Virus record (IMG/VR): IMGVR_UViG_3300032829_000008
Location: 2,579-66,578 of that record
Source: a virus
DNA length: 64,000 nucleotides
Direction: 5' to 3' (one strand)
Below are positions 46,417-55,122 of the stretch, one piece after another (the first letter of the stretch is position 1; every line of letters starts with the position of its first letter). The notes under the pieces were generated by a model. The model did not search any database and was not told where the DNA came from. It worked only from the letters and a program-made list of their open reading frames with translations. The position numbers and the translations under genes were made by a program.

Positions 46417-46432
46417 TGGCACCGGGGGTGCA
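46417..46432 (+). promoter_or_regulatory. sigma54-type promoter P4
   Basis: TGGCAC-CGGGG-GTGCA; GTTTAC 46348, GTTAAC 46372; ATG 14 nt after the C. Confidence 0.72.
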
Positions 46433-46444
46433 GTACCTCCAGAC

Positions 46445-46753
46445 ATGACGAACAACATCAAGGTCACGGTGACGCGCATCATCGGCACCAAGGTCACGGT
46501 GTACACGGCGTGGGAGCCGTACGCAGGCCACAGCACGTTCACGCACATCGACGGTGTCAGGTATGGCCAGGTCGGTACGGCGCCGCTCCCGGCGCAGCTG
46601 AACAAGCTGCCCGCCATGAGCGAGGAGCGCTACGTGCAGGTCAAGGCGTGGATCAATGCACAGTATCAGCGCGCCTACGCCATCATCAAGGTCGCGCATC
46701 CGGAGGCAGTGGACGGTCGGCCCGACATGGGACAGCTGGAGGTGGTGTCGTGA
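46445..46753 (+). CDS. Hypothetical protein
   Basis: ATGACGA start with no SD, after P4. Confidence 0.55.
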   Translation: MTNNIKVTVTRIIGTKVTVYTAWEPYAGHSTFTHIDGVRYGQVGTAPLPAQLNKLPAMSEERYVQVKAWINAQYQRAYAIIKVAHPEAVDGRPDMGQLEVVS

Positions 46754-47091
46754 GGCTCTGCTACGTGGAGGACGATGCGGGTGTGGCGCGCAGCGTGATG
46801 CGCGCGCTGGCGCGCCTGCGCCCCGGGTGGGACGTGCGGCACTGCACCACGGTGCAGCAGGCCATCGAGGAGATGGCGACCTGCCCGGGCTGGTACCACG
46901 TGCTGTGCGACGTGGACCTCAAGGCGGGCGGCTGGGGTCTCGACCTGCTGGCGTGGGCCAGGGAGTACGAGCCGACCCTGGCGGCGCGGTTCGTGTTCCT
47001 CAGCAGCCAGGGGGCGGGGTACGGCGTGCCCTACCTGGAGAAGCCCTGCAGCGCCGCGCAGGTGGTGGCCGCGCTGGAGGCGTTGCCGTGA
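46750..47091 (+). CDS. Single-domain response regulator (CheY-like receiver)
   Basis: VEDD acidic pocket, LCD phospho-Asp, G.GLDL, FLSS, KP. Confidence 0.85.
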   Translation: MRLCYVEDDAGVARSVMRALARLRPGWDVRHCTTVQQAIEEMATCPGWYHVLCDVDLKAGGWGLDLLAWAREYEPTLAARFVFLSSQGAGYGVPYLEKPCSAAQVVAALEALP

Positions 47092-47510
47092 GGACCATCG
47101 AGGTGGTGTGCACGGGCGTGTGTCCCGTCAAGGGCAAGAAGTCGGCTATGCCGATCATGGTGGGCATCAGCGACGGCAAGCTCACCGAGGAGCGCTGGGT
47201 GTGGCCGGTGCAGGCGCACGTGGGCAGCGTGTACAGCGCCGCCGTGAACGACGAGGGCGCGGTGGGCAACGTGACGCGCAACCGGCTGCCGTTCCTGCGC
47301 AAGTGGGAGGACGCGGCGCAGGTGCTGGCGTGGGAGGCCGAGAGCAAGGCCACCGAGGCGCTGATCAGGGCCCGCAACCTGGCGGCCACCCAGGATGCGG
47401 CCAGCCCGCTGGCGGGGCTCGTGGCGCAGCTGTGCGAGGTGTATCACCGCGTGCCATACAGCCATCGCGCGGCGTGGCTAGTATGGCTGAATAGGGAGCT
47501 GGAGCGATGA
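47088..47510 (+). CDS. Hypothetical protein
   Basis: Overlapping start/stop. Confidence 0.5.
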   Translation: MRTIEVVCTGVCPVKGKKSAMPIMVGISDGKLTEERWVWPVQAHVGSVYSAAVNDEGAVGNVTRNRLPFLRKWEDAAQVLAWEAESKATEALIRARNLAATQDAASPLAGLVAQLCEVYHRVPYSHRAAWLVWLNRELER

Positions 47511-47683
47511 GGAAGACCTTGATCCTGCTAGTGTTGGGTGCCTGCGCACCGTCCTATTACCCCGTGCTGCCCAACCCCAACGGACCGGTGGTGATCCCGC
47601 CGCCCCCGCACTGCACGCGGAACGATAAGCTGCAGGGCTGCGTGCCAACGCCCGCCGTTAACACCGATGTGCACCACGGTTAA
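47507..47683 (+). CDS. Small Pro-rich lipoprotein (58 aa, absent from ORF track)
   Basis: MRKTLILLVLGAC lipobox; ATGA overlap. Confidence 0.55.
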   Translation: MRKTLILLVLGACAPSYYPVLPNPNGPVVIPPPPHCTRNDKLQGCVPTPAVNTDVHHG

Positions 47684-47725
47684 CACTACGAGGAGAACTG
47701 TGCGGAAGATCATCGACGTCCTGCT

Positions 47726-47741
47726 CGGCACGCTCCAAGCA
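47726..47741 (+). promoter_or_regulatory. sigma54-type promoter P5
   Basis: CGGCAC-GCTCC-AAGCA; GTTAAC at 47657 and 47679; ATG (47754) 14 nt after the C. Confidence 0.55.
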
Positions 47742-47753
47742 TTGCTCGGGAGC

Positions 47754-47993
47754 ATGAAGCGCAGCCAACCCCGGGACAGCAAGGGTCGTTTCACCAAGGT
47801 CGCCACCACCGCGGCGCCCAGCTACATCTGCTGGGCGGTCGGCATGGACCGGGTGGTGGGCCTGGAGACGCCAGTGGCGGTGCACGCCACCCCGGTCGTC
47901 GCGAAGACGCGGCGCCCGCTGCCCTCGGGGGCGTGGAGCAGCTTCTTCATTTGGCTCGCGGTCATGGTGGCCGCATGCTACAAGGCTTTCTAG
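47754..47993 (+). CDS. Small membrane protein with RDSKGRF motif (alternative start GTG 47700)
   Basis: MKRSQPRDSKGRFTK, C-terminal TM. Confidence 0.5.
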   Translation: MKRSQPRDSKGRFTKVATTAAPSYICWAVGMDRVVGLETPVAVHATPVVAKTRRPLPSGAWSSFFIWLAVMVAACYKAF

Positions 47994-48004
47994 GGAGGCG
48001 AACG

Positions 48005-48148
48005 GTGACCAAGTCACGGCGCGACCCCGTGCCCAACCCCATCCTCGGCCTGCACTGCGCTGGTTGCCACGAATTTGTGGACTCGCTGCAGCAGGTGGCA
48101 CCGGGCCGATGGCGCTGCCCCAAATGCGCAGCCAAGGAGCGGACGTGA
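48005..48148 (+). CDS. Small Zn-ribbon protein
   Basis: CAGC...CPKC; RBS GGAGG. Confidence 0.45.
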   Translation: MTKSRRDPVPNPILGLHCAGCHEFVDSLQQVAPGRWRCPKCAAKERT

Positions 48149-48525
48149 AAGAGGGCACCATCTACTTGCTGCACTTCAAGCAGCCCTTCGGCCACGCGCG
48201 GCACTATCTGGGCTGGACCACGGACCTGATGGGGCGCATGGCGGACCACTGGGAGGGTGCTGGGGCGCGGCTGCTGCACCACGTGCGCAACGCGGGCATC
48301 GAGTGGGTGCTGGTGGCCACCTGGCGCGGCCCCCGCAGGGAGGAGCGCCGCATGAAGAACCGGGGCAGCAGCGTGCGCCACTGCCCCATTTGCCGCGGTG
48401 AGTACCTGCGTAAACGGAAATTGGCGAGGGCGTTAACGGCCGTTATCACCGTACCGATAACCGAGCAGGAACACGTGGTGGTAGGCGTGGCACCGGGGAT
48501 GCAGCCGACTACACCGAACTGCTGA
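48145..48525 (+). CDS. GIY-YIG nuclease
   Basis: GTIYLLHF...HYLGWT.DL..R...H..G.GARL, E.R.K. Confidence 0.8.
   Translation: MKEGTIYLLHFKQPFGHARHYLGWTTDLMGRMADHWEGAGARLLHHVRNAGIEWVLVATWRGPRREERRMKNRGSSVRHCPICRGEYLRKRKLARALTAVITVPITEQEHVVVGVAPGMQPTTPNC
48488..48503 (+). promoter_or_regulatory. sigma54-type promoter P6
   Basis: TGGCAC-CGGGG-ATGCA; GTAAAC 48410, GTTAAC 48432, GTTATC 48442, GATAAC 48456. Confidence 0.65.
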
Positions 48526-48532
48526 TGGCGCT

Positions 48533-48673
48533 ATGAAGATCCCACCGCCGAGCGATGGCCGCGATGTTGCCAAATGGCAGGCCGACATGGCCAGGCTGGA
48601 TGCCGATCCGCGCACTGCCAATGGCGCGAACCGGCCCCTGTGGTTGGTGCGCCGGGTGTTGGAGGGGAAGTAA
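48533..48673 (+). CDS. Hypothetical 46-aa protein
   Basis: MKIPPPSDG...RRVLEGK fills the space between P6 and P7. Confidence 0.3.
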   Translation: MKIPPPSDGRDVAKWQADMARLDADPRTANGANRPLWLVRRVLEGK

Positions 48674-48747
48674 CCCAGAGTTGGCGGCGGTGTTAACAGA
48701 CGGCCACACTGTGATCACAACCGCGCGGAAGCACGGAGTGTGAGTGT

Positions 48748-48763
48748 TGGCACCGCGAGTGCA
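48748..48763 (+). promoter_or_regulatory. sigma54-type promoter P7
   Basis: TGGCAC-CGCGA-GTGCA; GTTAAC 48692; ATG 14 nt after the C. Confidence 0.72.
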
Positions 48764-48775
48764 ATACCCAAGAGC

Positions 48776-48955
48776 ATGACGAACATGGTGATCCAGTCGA
48801 GCGAAGTGGTTGTTGGCGATACGCTGAACTACGGCAGCGAGCGATTGACGGTGGTGGCAATCACCAAGCGCACCGCCAAGCAGGTGGTGTGGACGATGTC
48901 GGACGGCAGCAGCTGGACGCGCCGCGCGGTGATGCTCACGCCGGTGACCCGGTAG
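48776..48955 (+). CDS. Small SH3-like protein
   Basis: V.VGD.L....V..I pattern; ATGACGA start. Confidence 0.5.
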   Translation: MTNMVIQSSEVVVGDTLNYGSERLTVVAITKRTAKQVVWTMSDGSSWTRRAVMLTPVTR

Positions 48956-48998
48956 CGGCGGGTTGGGTGGCGGTGTAGGCTTAGCAAAGGGAGCAGAG

Positions 48999-49574
48999 AT
49001 GAGTGACCGGAAGCAGCACCGCAGGAGCCGGCCAAGTGGCAGGCGCGACTACAAGCGCTGGAAGAGGGCAGCACCGGGCCGGTGGTTGCGCTGGCGCGAG
49101 CTGGCCAAGTGGTTGGCCCCCGGCACGCCCTACAAGCTCTCCAGTAATCCGCCTGTGCGCGACGCACGCGGCGAGCACGTGGACGTGTTGGCAATGATTA
49201 GGAGACGCGCCATGACGGTAGTGATCGTCTCCAGCATCGGCTGCGGCGGGTGGACCAAGCGCGATACCATCCTGGAGGCCGGCTGCCAGCTGGCCAACCT
49301 GGCCGACCAGCAGGAGACCTACCGCATCGGGCGCGCGGGCCTGGAGGCGAATCCCCTGTTCGGGCAGCACGGCGAGCGATTTTGGGTGGTGGCGCCCACG
49401 GTGCTGCTTGGGCACACCGCGGTCTCTCTCGCGTTGCCGCCCAAGTGGCGAACGCGGTGGCAGGTGGCCACGCTGGGCGTGGAGGGCCTGGTGCTGGCGC
49501 GGAACGCCTCCATGGGGTGGTGGCCGCTGGTTAACGACCCCGTAAACGAGAGTGCACGGTCGACGCAGAAGTAG
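48999..49574 (+). CDS. Hypothetical protein
   Basis: RBS AAGGGAG. Confidence 0.45.
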   Translation: MSDRKQHRRSRPSGRRDYKRWKRAAPGRWLRWRELAKWLAPGTPYKLSSNPPVRDARGEHVDVLAMIRRRAMTVVIVSSIGCGGWTKRDTILEAGCQLANLADQQETYRIGRAGLEANPLFGQHGERFWVVAPTVLLGHTAVSLALPPKWRTRWQVATLGVEGLVLARNASMGWWPLVNDPVNESARSTQK

Positions 49575-49597
49575 CCGAAATGGCTGTTCGAGCGGTT

Positions 49598-49613
49598 CGG
49601 CACGGGGATAGCA
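49598..49613 (+). promoter_or_regulatory. sigma54-type promoter P8
   Basis: CGGCAC-GGGGA-TAGCA; GTTAAC 49530, GTAAAC 49542; ATG 15 nt after the C. Confidence 0.6.
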
Positions 49614-49626
49614 ATGGAGTAGTGGC

Positions 49627-50109
49627 ATGACGACATTCAAAATCAAGGTTGGCACCCACACCCTCACCGCAACGCGTGACGTGGAACTGCCCCAGCAGTT
49701 TGCCGCGTGGCACCAGACCGTTCGCGTGGAGCCTGACACGTACCCCGTGTACGCCTACGTGGAGTGGGGCGATGGTCGCCTACACGTGCGCCAACTGAGC
49801 GCCGAGTGCGAAGGCGTCACGGTGAGCAGCAACTACCGCAGCCACCTGGCCGGTCATTGGGGCAAGGATGACCGCAACGTGAATGGGCAGGTGGTTACTT
49901 GCCACATTCAGCTGCCCACCTACGGCGTGCTGCGCGAGCAGCCGGCCGAGTACCAGGGTCTGCGAGTCGCCGTGTGGGACCCCAAGCAGTACTCCGCCAA
50001 GCCGCTGGTGGAGGGCACCATGTGGCGCTACGAGGTGGTCGAGGGACTGCGCGTGCGTGTGTTGCCAGAGAACGACTCTGGCTGCGCCAAGCGCGCGGAG
50101 CTGCACTGA
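49627..50109 (+). CDS. Hypothetical protein
   Basis: ATGACGA start after P8. Confidence 0.55.
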   Translation: MTTFKIKVGTHTLTATRDVELPQQFAAWHQTVRVEPDTYPVYAYVEWGDGRLHVRQLSAECEGVTVSSNYRSHLAGHWGKDDRNVNGQVVTCHIQLPTYGVLREQPAEYQGLRVAVWDPKQYSAKPLVEGTMWRYEVVEGLRVRVLPENDSGCAKRAELH

Positions 50110-50110
50110 C

Positions 50111-50266
50111 ATGACCAAACGAGAGTTTCAGAAATGCCTGCGCGCCCTGCGCGCCCAGCTGTTGGAGCGGGCCCGCCGCCTGCGCGCCGCCGAGCGTGGC
50201 GAGCTGGAGGTGACGGAGGTGACCGTGCAGGGCCACCGGGTACGCGCACACGAGGCATTGTGCTGA
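50111..50266 (+). CDS. Hypothetical protein
   Basis: Abuts upstream stop. Confidence 0.35.
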   Translation: MTKREFQKCLRALRAQLLERARRLRAAERGELEVTEVTVQGHRVRAHEALC

Positions 50267-50308
50267 AAGCGCCGCCGCGGTAAGCTCGGCGGAGAAAGAG
50301 GAGGCCAG

Positions 50309-50515
50309 ATGAGCTACGGAGCGAGCATGTGCACCTGCGGCCACGTGGGCGACGTGCCCAGCGATGCCACCGGCAAAGTGGTACTGCCCAACACCCACGC
50401 GGGTCTGCTGGGGCATGGCTACTGCAAGATGCCGGGGTGCGACTGCGGGAAGTTCACGTGGGAGCGGCGGCTGACCAAGGCCGACACAAGGAGGAAGAAG
50501 GAGCTGGTGCGATGA
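50309..50515 (+). CDS. Small Cys/His-rich protein
   Basis: CTCGH...H...G.C...GCDC.KF; RBS GAGGAGG. Confidence 0.55.
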   Translation: MSYGASMCTCGHVGDVPSDATGKVVLPNTHAGLLGHGYCKMPGCDCGKFTWERRLTKADTRRKKELVR

Positions 50516-50973
50516 GCTGGTTGGAGTGGCTGCGGCACCTGGCGCCCCTGCGCCCACCCGATAACAGGGTGCTGCGCTCCGTGTGGGAGCAGACGGTGCT
50601 GGTGCCGTTGGCGGAGGCACTGGAGCTGGCCGCGCCGCAGGGGCCCCGAGGATGCCCCATGCCGGAGGATCACGGCGCGGCGCGAGCTGCGGCTCGCCTG
50701 CTGGTGGACATGCTGCAGGCGGAACTGCGCAGCCTACGCGGGTCGGTACCACTGAAGATCGCGGAGATGACCGAGCACGGCGTGGAGCAGTTGCAGGCCG
50801 AGCTGGCCGCGCCGCTGGCGCTGGACCTGGCCGGGCAGCCGGTGCCCAGCTTGCTGGAGCTGCAGCAGCTGGCTCGGGTCAACACCGAGGTCAGTCCGCA
50901 GAGCGCCGGGGTCGCAGTGGCCCGGGCCCGCTACCCAAAGACGTGGGAGGTACTGGAATCATGGACGCGCTGA
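50512..50973 (+). CDS. Hypothetical protein
   Basis: ATGA overlap, RBS. Confidence 0.45.
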   Translation: MSWLEWLRHLAPLRPPDNRVLRSVWEQTVLVPLAEALELAAPQGPRGCPMPEDHGAARAAARLLVDMLQAELRSLRGSVPLKIAEMTEHGVEQLQAELAAPLALDLAGQPVPSLLELQQLARVNTEVSPQSAGVAVARARYPKTWEVLESWTR

Positions 50974-51332
50974 GAGAAGCGATACCGATGGTGATGTCAG
51001 CGATATCGGAGCCGTGCCCGGTGTGCCCTGCTCAACCAGGCTATCACTGCGTGTTTCAGTGCACCCCGAAGTGCTGCAGCGAGCAGCCGAGCTACCACGA
51101 GCGGCTCGACGACCATGGTAACATGACCGGCGAGATGCACTACGCGCGCATTGGGGAAGTGCGCGCGGAGCTGGCCGGCGCGCTGGCCGCATGGGACGAG
51201 CTGGTGGCAGAGATCGAGCCGATCATCGGAGAAAAGGGCGAGATGGCGGCGCTCTACTGGCTGCTGGGTAGTCGGCACAACGCGCTGGAGACGTTGCTGC
51301 ACCTGGTGCGCACGGCGAGGAGGGTGTTATGA
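50961..51332 (+). CDS. Hypothetical protein with Zn-finger-like motif
   Basis: CP.C.A.PG..C...H.AR. Confidence 0.45.
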   Translation: MDALREAIPMVMSAISEPCPVCPAQPGYHCVFQCTPKCCSEQPSYHERLDDHGNMTGEMHYARIGEVRAELAGALAAWDELVAEIEPIIGEKGEMAALYWLLGSRHNALETLLHLVRTARRVL

Positions 51333-51580
51333 AGGCACAAGTACGGTCAGAGACGCGCCTCGAGCTGCGCATCGTCAACCATTGCACGGTGTGCTGCCAG
51401 GGTGTGGACATGGTGTTCGAGGGCAGCAATGACGCTGGCGTGCTGGTGCTGGTGACCACGCTGGCTGGCAACCTGGTGAGCGAGCAGGTGGTGGCGGTCA
51501 GCACTGACGTCACTGCCTTCTTACGCCTGACCAACTACGCGCGCCAGGACGGTGGCCTGACGCTGGGGAGGGATCTGTGA
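51329..51580 (+). CDS. Hypothetical protein
   Basis: Overlapping start/stop. Confidence 0.45.
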   Translation: MKAQVRSETRLELRIVNHCTVCCQGVDMVFEGSNDAGVLVLVTTLAGNLVSEQVVAVSTDVTAFLRLTNYARQDGGLTLGRDL

Positions 51581-52206
51581 TCGGCGAGAACGTGCCGGTA
51601 CCACTGCCCGGGCTGCTGCGCAGCGCTCGGGCGCTCAGCAGCGAGCACCTGGGCTGGGTGGCAGGGGAGGCGGCCAGGTTGCACGACGCTAGCGATGCAG
51701 ATATGTTGTTTCCACGAGTACCACCCCGCTTGGATAATGTGCACCCCGCGTGGCGCGGCGCGCTGCCGGCGCTGGTGTGCTACGGACTTGCGGCGGCCCG
51801 GGAACAGCTGCACCGCGAAGAGAGCAGCGGCGACTACGAACACGGTAGATTCTACAAGGTGTACGAGGCCCACGCCGAGTCAGCTGCCCGGATGTTGAGA
51901 GCGCTGCAGGGGCCGACGGACTGCCTGGTGACAGTGCAGCCCGGGCGGAAAAACCAGGCGGTGCCCGCGATACATGCCCGGTGGTGGGACCCCTCGTGGA
52001 TGGGGATGCCGGAGGTGCACGCACGTCACCGGGCCAAGCTGCTGGAGCTGGACCCGGTGTGGTACCGGGCGCAGGGGTGGCGCGAGCAGCTGACGTGGGT
52101 GCAATGGCCCGACTTGGAGCTGCCGGCGAACAAGGGCCGGGGGCCGCGCTGGGCGCTGAACACAGAGCTGGACTGGCGGGTGGGGCGAAGGCACCGCAGG
52201 AAGTGA
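51577..52206 (+). CDS. Pyrimidine-dimer DNA glycosylase-like protein (MSMEG_6728/DenV-like family)
   Basis: HP.WRG...AL..YGLA; P.WMG...VH..HR..LL..DP.WY. Confidence 0.6.
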   Translation: MIGENVPVPLPGLLRSARALSSEHLGWVAGEAARLHDASDADMLFPRVPPRLDNVHPAWRGALPALVCYGLAAAREQLHREESSGDYEHGRFYKVYEAHAESAARMLRALQGPTDCLVTVQPGRKNQAVPAIHARWWDPSWMGMPEVHARHRAKLLELDPVWYRAQGWREQLTWVQWPDLELPANKGRGPRWALNTELDWRVGRRHRRK

Positions 52207-52484
52207 CGCTGCTGGAGCAGATAGCGGCGCTGGGCGACCTGGCGTTCGTCAAGTGGGATCAAGCGCAGGTGGACTTAAACGCGTGCCGCATGTGGGATAC
52301 GTGGCACACGCGCTGCGCATGTGTTCCCGGATTGTACGTGTGGGAGGGACTGCCCCACGTGATGCATCACGGTTGGTGGGTGGCCACGTGGACTGGTGCC
52401 GAGTGGCTTGTTCGCCACCATGCAAACGGTGTACCTGAGAACCAGCGCGGCTACCTAGCGAGAGTAAAGACAGCGGTACGATAG
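52203..52484 (+). CDS. Hypothetical protein
   Basis: GTGA overlap; AT-richer. Confidence 0.4.
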   Translation: MTLLEQIAALGDLAFVKWDQAQVDLNACRMWDTWHTRCACVPGLYVWEGLPHVMHHGWWVATWTGAEWLVRHHANGVPENQRGYLARVKTAVR

Positions 52485-52527
52485 ATGCAAGTGCTTTACT
52501 TGCACCGGGTAAAGCACGTGGGGAGTA

Positions 52528-52701
52528 GCCGAATTCGCTAGGAGCAGCGCGGGGTTGCTTTACAAGTGCTACATACTCCCCCCTTGGCGCAATTGCGTAG
52601 GCCCGCGGGGTTTGCTCTACCCGGCACCCTTTAATTCATACCCCCCTTTTTAGTAAAGGGGGTGAAGTAAGTCAAGCAACCTGGTGCAACGCTTAGGGAA
52701 T
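52528..52701. repeat. Copy 2 of ~175-bp diverged direct repeat
   Basis: Colinear with 18303-18477; preceded by perfect inverted repeat GTGCTTTAC...GTAAAGCAC (52491-52517). Confidence 0.9.
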
Positions 52702-52850
52702 ATCGCGCTTCACCTACATGTGGGTAGAATTGGGGAAGTGAGGAGGTAGTGCACCGCCCCGGGCCCGGACACCCGCCCGTCCATCTAAGGACATGTGGCC
52801 GATGGGTGGGCCTTGCGCGACCAGGGCACTGTGCCGTACGCCTGTAGTGG

Positions 52851-53375
52851 GTGTTCGGCACGCGGTTCCAGGCGATGCTCGAGAAGTGGACCGAGTACCT
52901 CGGCCACGCCGAGCACGCTTACGCCACGTACCTGGATCGCGACCTGGCCATCCTGCACCTGCAGAACCACCACGGCCTGGATCAGAGTGACGCCGCGTAC
53001 CTGGTGGACGAGATCCGACGCAGCTGGGCCCACCTGGGCAAGCTGGACACCGAGTCGCGCCGCGACCAGGCCCGCGGACGCCTGGAGCACCTGTACCGCA
53101 TCGCGCTGGCCGGCAAGCCCCTGCGCGACAGCGAGCACAAGCAGGTGGTGGACGCCGTCACTGGCAAGGCGATCGTGGAAATCGACGTGGACGCCTTGCG
53201 CCGACTGGTGCACGATCTACGAGAGCTGGATGCGTTGGATCGCCCCATGACGGTGGCATTGGACGCGAACATCAACCTCACCACCACCAGCACCAGGGAG
53301 CGCATCATGCAGCTCCTGGACAAGGTCCGAGGCCGCCTGCCCGAGCCGAAGAAGAGCGACGAGGAACTCTCGTGA
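52851..53375 (+). CDS. Putative terminase small subunit
   Basis: Helical 174-aa ORF one gene upstream of TerL; L..LD.P pattern. Confidence 0.55.
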   Translation: MFGTRFQAMLEKWTEYLGHAEHAYATYLDRDLAILHLQNHHGLDQSDAAYLVDEIRRSWAHLGKLDTESRRDQARGRLEHLYRIALAGKPLRDSEHKQVVDAVTGKAIVEIDVDALRRLVHDLRELDALDRPMTVALDANINLTTTSTRERIMQLLDKVRGRLPEPKKSDEELS

Positions 53376-53644
53376 GATTCCTGCTGGTCGTCATGTGCTT
53401 CGGCCACCCGTGGTCCACGGACGTGGTGGGGCGTGGCGTGGCCACCGCGCGCACCATGGGCTACGCCCGCAGCCTCGCGCTGACGGAGGCCAATGACGAT
53501 GGCGTGCGCCAGTGCCATGAGGCGGACGAGCAGAAGGCTTGCTGGCAGGGCGACTCCAACCTCAAGGATTTTTGCGTGGCGCTGCGCGGTGGCGATTGGG
53601 AGTGCCACCGCGAGGAGTGCGGTCACTGCAAGGCGTGCGAGTGA
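53372..53644 (+). CDS. Cys-rich hypothetical protein
   Basis: Overlapping start/stop. Confidence 0.4.
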   Translation: MRFLLVVMCFGHPWSTDVVGRGVATARTMGYARSLALTEANDDGVRQCHEADEQKACWQGDSNLKDFCVALRGGDWECHREECGHCKACE

Positions 53645-55122
53645 TCGACGCCGACCTGCTAGATCTGTTCGACATCGAGGCCGAGCAGCTGGAGCTGCTT
53701 ACTGAGGACGAGCAGAGGGAGTTGCTGGAGGGCCTGCAGGCACTGGTGGGCGGGGAGACGCCAGATCAATTTATCCGGCGGTTGTGGTACTGGGAGCCGC
53801 CACCCGAACACGTGCGTCCGCTGCTGGACGTCATGCAGCAGGCCCGACTGCGCCAGCTGCGCATCTGCCTGTCCATGCCACCTGGACACGCCAAGACCAC
53901 CATGCTGCTGCGTTGCCTGGTGTGGTGGCTGAGCCTGAGCCCCAGCGACCTGTGCGCGTATGTCAGCTACAACGAGCGCCAGGCGCTCAAGAAGAGTCGC
54001 GTGTGCCGCGCCATGGCGCTCAAGGCGGGGTTGATGGTCACGCGCGACAATAAGGCGATGAGTGAGTGGCACCTGCACCAGGGCGGTGGCCTGCTGGCGG
54101 GCGGCGCGCGCAGCGGTCTCACCGGCAACCGCGTGCCCGGGCTGCTGGTGTACGACGATCCGTACAAGGATCACAAGGACGCCAACAGTCCCACCATCCG
54201 CGAGACGGTGCAAGAGAATTTCAAGACCGTGGCCTTCACGCGGTTGCAGGGTGGATCTATCATCGTGCTGCACACGCGCTGGCACGAGGACGATCTCATT
54301 GGCTGGCTGCTGAAGGAGCACAAGTGGGACCATATCAACGTCCCGGCCATCAGCCAGGAGGGTATCAAGGACGCGCTCGGCCGACGCCCGGGCGTTCCCG
54401 CGTGGCCCGACAAGTACCCGATCGAGATCTGCACCAAGCCCTGCGGCCACGACGGCCACCTGGCCGAGATTCGCACCACCATCGGCGAGCACTGGTGGAA
54501 TGGGATGTACGAGGGCGTGCCACCGCGCATCGGCACCAGTGTCTTTCACGAGCCGGTCACCTATCGCAAAGCCACCGAGTTCCGGTGGGCCGGCAAGCGC
54601 GGGTGCATCTCCGTGGATCCCGCTGCCACGGCCAGCACCAAGGCCGATTGGAGCATCATCATGGTGCTGGCCATGGAGGGCTACGGCATCGATACCCGCA
54701 TGTGGATCTACGAGTGTATCCGCCTGCAGGTGGAGATCCCGCAGCTGGTGCGGCAGATTCGCAGCGTGCAGCAGCGGTACAACCTGCTGGTGGTGTGCGA
54801 GGCGGTGGCGGGGTTCAAGTCCGTGCCGCAGATGCTTCGCGACCAGGATCCCGAGTTGCGCGTGGTGGAGTGCGATCACGGTGGTAAGGACAAGTTTACA
54901 CGCAGCCAGCCGGTGGCCAGCGCGTGGAACGGAGGGCGCGTGTTGGTACCCAACGATCCGCAGTGCGCCGAGTGGGTCAATCCCATGGTGAGGGTGTTCC
55001 GCGCGTTCACTGGTCTCAACGACCTGCACGACGACGACGTGGACGCCGCGGCACATGGGTGGAACAAGATGTATCGCGCCAAGCCACCCCTGACCCAGGG
55101 CAGCTACGAGGCGGTAATGTGA
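53641..55122 (+). CDS. terL: Terminase large subunit
   Basis: MPPGHAKT, LTG, YDDPYK, HTRWHEDDLIG, VDPA, HDDDVDA. Confidence 0.95.
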   Translation: MIDADLLDLFDIEAEQLELLTEDEQRELLEGLQALVGGETPDQFIRRLWYWEPPPEHVRPLLDVMQQARLRQLRICLSMPPGHAKTTMLLRCLVWWLSLSPSDLCAYVSYNERQALKKSRVCRAMALKAGLMVTRDNKAMSEWHLHQGGGLLAGGARSGLTGNRVPGLLVYDDPYKDHKDANSPTIRETVQENFKTVAFTRLQGGSIIVLHTRWHEDDLIGWLLKEHKWDHINVPAISQEGIKDALGRRPGVPAWPDKYPIEICTKPCGHDGHLAEIRTTIGEHWWNGMYEGVPPRIGTSVFHEPVTYRKATEFRWAGKRGCISVDPAATASTKADWSIIMVLAMEGYGIDTRMWIYECIRLQVEIPQLVRQIRSVQQRYNLLVVCEAVAGFKSVPQMLRDQDPELRVVECDHGGKDKFTRSQPVASAWNGGRVLVPNDPQCAEWVNPMVRVFRAFTGLNDLHDDDVDAAAHGWNKMYRAKPPLTQGSYEAVM

